Part shown: piece after piece, positions 61,016 through 64,000 of the stretch | Position numbering within the stretch: the stretch's first letter is position 1 | How the letters are laid out: every line of letters starts with the position of its first letter | Source: Prorocentrum cordatum | Taxonomy: Eukaryota | NCBI GenBank assembly: GCA_963575745.1 | Contig: CAUYUJ010000095.1 | Location: forward strand, 1-64,000 | DNA length: 64,000 bases | Reading direction: 5' to 3' | Made by a program: the position numbers and the translations under genes | Notes under the pieces: generated by a model | The model's database searches: none | Told to the model about the DNA's origin: nothing | The model's input: only the letters and a program-made list of their open reading frames with translations

Positions 61016-64000
61016 CCTGACAATTCCCCGAGGCCGCGGCCGTTCAGAGAGAACCCCGGCACTGCCTAATCGGGACGACGTAGGACTCGGGAGCGGGGGA
61101 CTCGGGTTGGCCTGACGGGGCCACCATGAAACTGACGAGACCCAGTCTGAAATGTGGCGCGAGCTCCCGCTGCAAACATCCCACGGAAACGGGGATGTCA
61201 AAAGCCAGGGCGCGCTCGTCCAAAAACGTCGGCGAGTCCGAATTTCGGCTTACTCGAGCCCTGCGTTTCCTCGACCTGGGGGCACGCAACGAGGGGCGCA
61301 GGTTACATGGCAGTTTTTTCTTTTCTTTTTTTTGAAAAAAATACACCGGATGTTGAAAATATGGGATTTTTGATACCTGATTGATTTATGAATAAATGTA
61401 TGCCTGAACTCATCGTTGTTTTTAATTCTAGATCCGCACGCGGAGCATGTATTAAAAACAACACTGTATGGAAACCACCTCCGGCATCGAAAACGTTTGG
61501 AAGCGTTGAGGATCGTTGGAAACCTCTGGAACCTCAGCCCATCCCCCTTCGGCCTACGGGCGGGAACTTTTGCTTGGCGTGTCGCCGCGGCGGCCCTGGC
61601 AACACGCTGTGCCCTGCAAGCAGGTGGCGTGCCGCTCCGCTCCGCGGGGCGGGAAGCTCGGAAAGGCTGGAGCCGCTTAAGCCTGGGGACTGGGAAGCGG
61701 ATACCGTGCCGCGCCGAAGCGTGGTGGGCCAGAACTGGCGGAGCGACACGCTATTCAAACGTTCCCGACCGTATCCCCCCTGGCGCCCTAGCGTAAAGCT
61801 AGGTGAGATCCGGTCGGGCGCAGGGGGCAACGCTAGTAACTTTGTCCCTGTGACTCCACCACGCGTTGTCCCTGAACCCAGGCCGTGCTTGGCGACAACA
61901 AAACCGAAACAGAGACCGAACCGACAGCAGAACCGAAACCAACCGAAGTCGACAAGAACAACAACCGACCGAACCAAGCCGGCCGAACGCAACCGACTGC
62001 GACGCAACCAGACCGACCAACCCGTGAACAACCTTTGTGACCCCCCGGACGGGGGCGACCATGGCGTCGGCCCACGGTCGGCGCGGGCGCGCGCGCGGGC
62101 GCGCGCGCGGGCGCCCCCCCCCTCGGGCAAGGGCGTGGAGCTCCCCCTCCGTCACAGATCGTCGTCGAGATCGCCGTCGAGATCGTCATCGAGATCGTCG
62201 TCGAGGCCGTCGTCGGAATCATCGTCGTCGTCATTTCCGCCGTCGTCGTCGTCATCGTCGTCGAGATCGTCGTCGTCGTCGAGATCGTCGCCGTCGTCGT
62301 CGTCGTAGTCGTGGTCGTCGTCGTGTTCGTCGCCGTCGCCTCTGGATTCGCAATCGCCGTTGATCTCTTCGCCGTCGTCTTCGAACTCTTCGCCTCCGTC
62401 GTTGGAGTTTCCATCGCAGTCAGAGCTCAAGCTGTCCTCGTCGTCGCCGAACGCCTCGTCGACGTGGCTGCCGTCGTCGTCGTCGTCGTCGTCGTCGACA
62501 TTGTTCTCGATCACGCTCTCGTCCTGCTCCTCCTCCGGATCCCCAGCCTGGCTCTCCTCCCGATCCTCCTGCTACGCCTCCTTCCCCGCTCCAACCCCCT
62601 ACGTCCCGCGCTCCTCCTCCTCCTCCTCCTCCTCCTCCTCCTCCTCCTCCTCCTCCTCCTCCTCCTCCTCCTCCTCCTCCTACTCCTATCCTTATTCCTT
62701 ATTAGAATATACTCCTACTCCCCCCTCAGGCCGGCATTAGGGGCCGCATCCGGGTGGTCCCATCCTAACCTGTAAAAAACAATACAAAATCAACATTTTT
62801 CTTATTTTTTCCTCTCGACATGGACGTCCTGTCGTCCACGGCGATAATCCATTGCAAAAAATACCACAAAGAGCACACGCGCGCGTTCATGTCAGAATCC
62901 TACCGAACACCGTGTGTTTGCAAGCATTTCAACATAAACACATCAAAAACCCAATATTTTTTCACAAAAAAATGTACAAATTTCCCGCCCGGGCTCTCTT
63001 GCTGAAATCATAGGAAAACCATCGGCATCTTAAGAATTCGGTCAAATCCAGCGATTTCGCGTCATCGCGCGGTGCACTCGCGATGCTCTGTCATGCGCCC
63101 AGGCCGCGAATCCTGTGCAAAAAATACCACAAAGAGCACACTCGCGCGTTCATGTCATAATCCTACCGAACACGGTGTTTTTGCAAGCATTTCAACATAA
63201 AAACATTTTTTTTTTTTTAAAAAAAAAAAACAATGCTTTTTCACAAAAATGCTTTGGGGTGTCCTGTCAGACCGTCGGGCTTCCTCCGGCCACCTCTGGC
63301 TTCCTGCGGTGTACCGGGCCATTCTCGACTCGTCTGGCAATGCGTGCGCGGCATTCAACACGCGCTCGCCAGTTCCCGTCGGCAACCGCCATCGCGGCCG
63401 CATCAGCTGTACCAAACCGGCTGGCCGGTGTGACTTCGGCCCCCAGTTGTGCCAGCTTTGCTTCTTATGTTGTGGGAGGGCGGGTGGGACTGGGCATGCC
63501 ATGCTTGACTCGCTCGAGCTGGCTAGCTTGACTCCTACTCCTACTCCTCCTCCTGCTCCTCCTGGTTCTCCTCCTCCTCCTCTTCCCCATCCCTGCCTCC
63601 CTCCCTCCCTCCTCAGTCATTCCTCCCTCCTCCTCCTCCTCCTCCTTCTCCTCCCCTTCCTCCTCCTCCTCCTCCTCCTCCTCCTCCTCCTCCTCCTCCT
63701 GCTCCTCCTCCTCCTCCTGCTCCTCCTGGTCATAGTCCTCCTCATCCCCCCTTGGCAGCCAACCTCCCGCCTCTGCGCCCTCCTCTCCCGCGTCTGCGCA
63801 CTCGCATGCGCGTGCGCGCTCCCCGGGGAAGCCAGGGCCAAGGCGATCGGAATTGTCATTCTCGCAGTCGTCGACGTCGTCGTCGTCGTCGTCGTCGGCG
63901 TCGTCGTCGTCGTCGTGGGTCGTCGTCGTCGGCGGCGGCGGCGTCGTCGAGATCATCGTGGTCGTCGTCGTCGTCGTCGACATCGTCGTCGTCGTCGTGG

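Overview
GC-rich, repeat-dense eukaryotic DNA, almost certainly a dinoflagellate nuclear genome. The evidence is GC/GA/GT donors with AG|G acceptors and a 21/22 match to the dinoflagellate spliced leader. The main gene is a minus-strand plastid-type ClpC (Hsp100/Clp ATPase). I could assemble it by hand from 17 exons between 45184 and the stop at 9126, giving 3045 nt in one open frame; the 5'-most signal-peptide exons are unresolved. Most of its 16 introns are bounded by short direct repeats spanning the splice sites, and many also have terminal inverted repeats. Two introns belong to small TIR-element families with other copies in this window, so they look like Introner-type intron-generating transposons whose target-site duplication supplies both splice sites. 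Two degenerate ~7 kb non-LTR retrotransposons sit in neighbouring introns on either side of an 87-bp exon. One begins exactly with a spliced-leader relic; the other carries two unexplained 3' ORFs. The rest is satellites with higher-order structure, MITE-like families, a foldback element, microsatellites and possible exons of neighbouring genes. All coordinates were read by eye and no database search was run.
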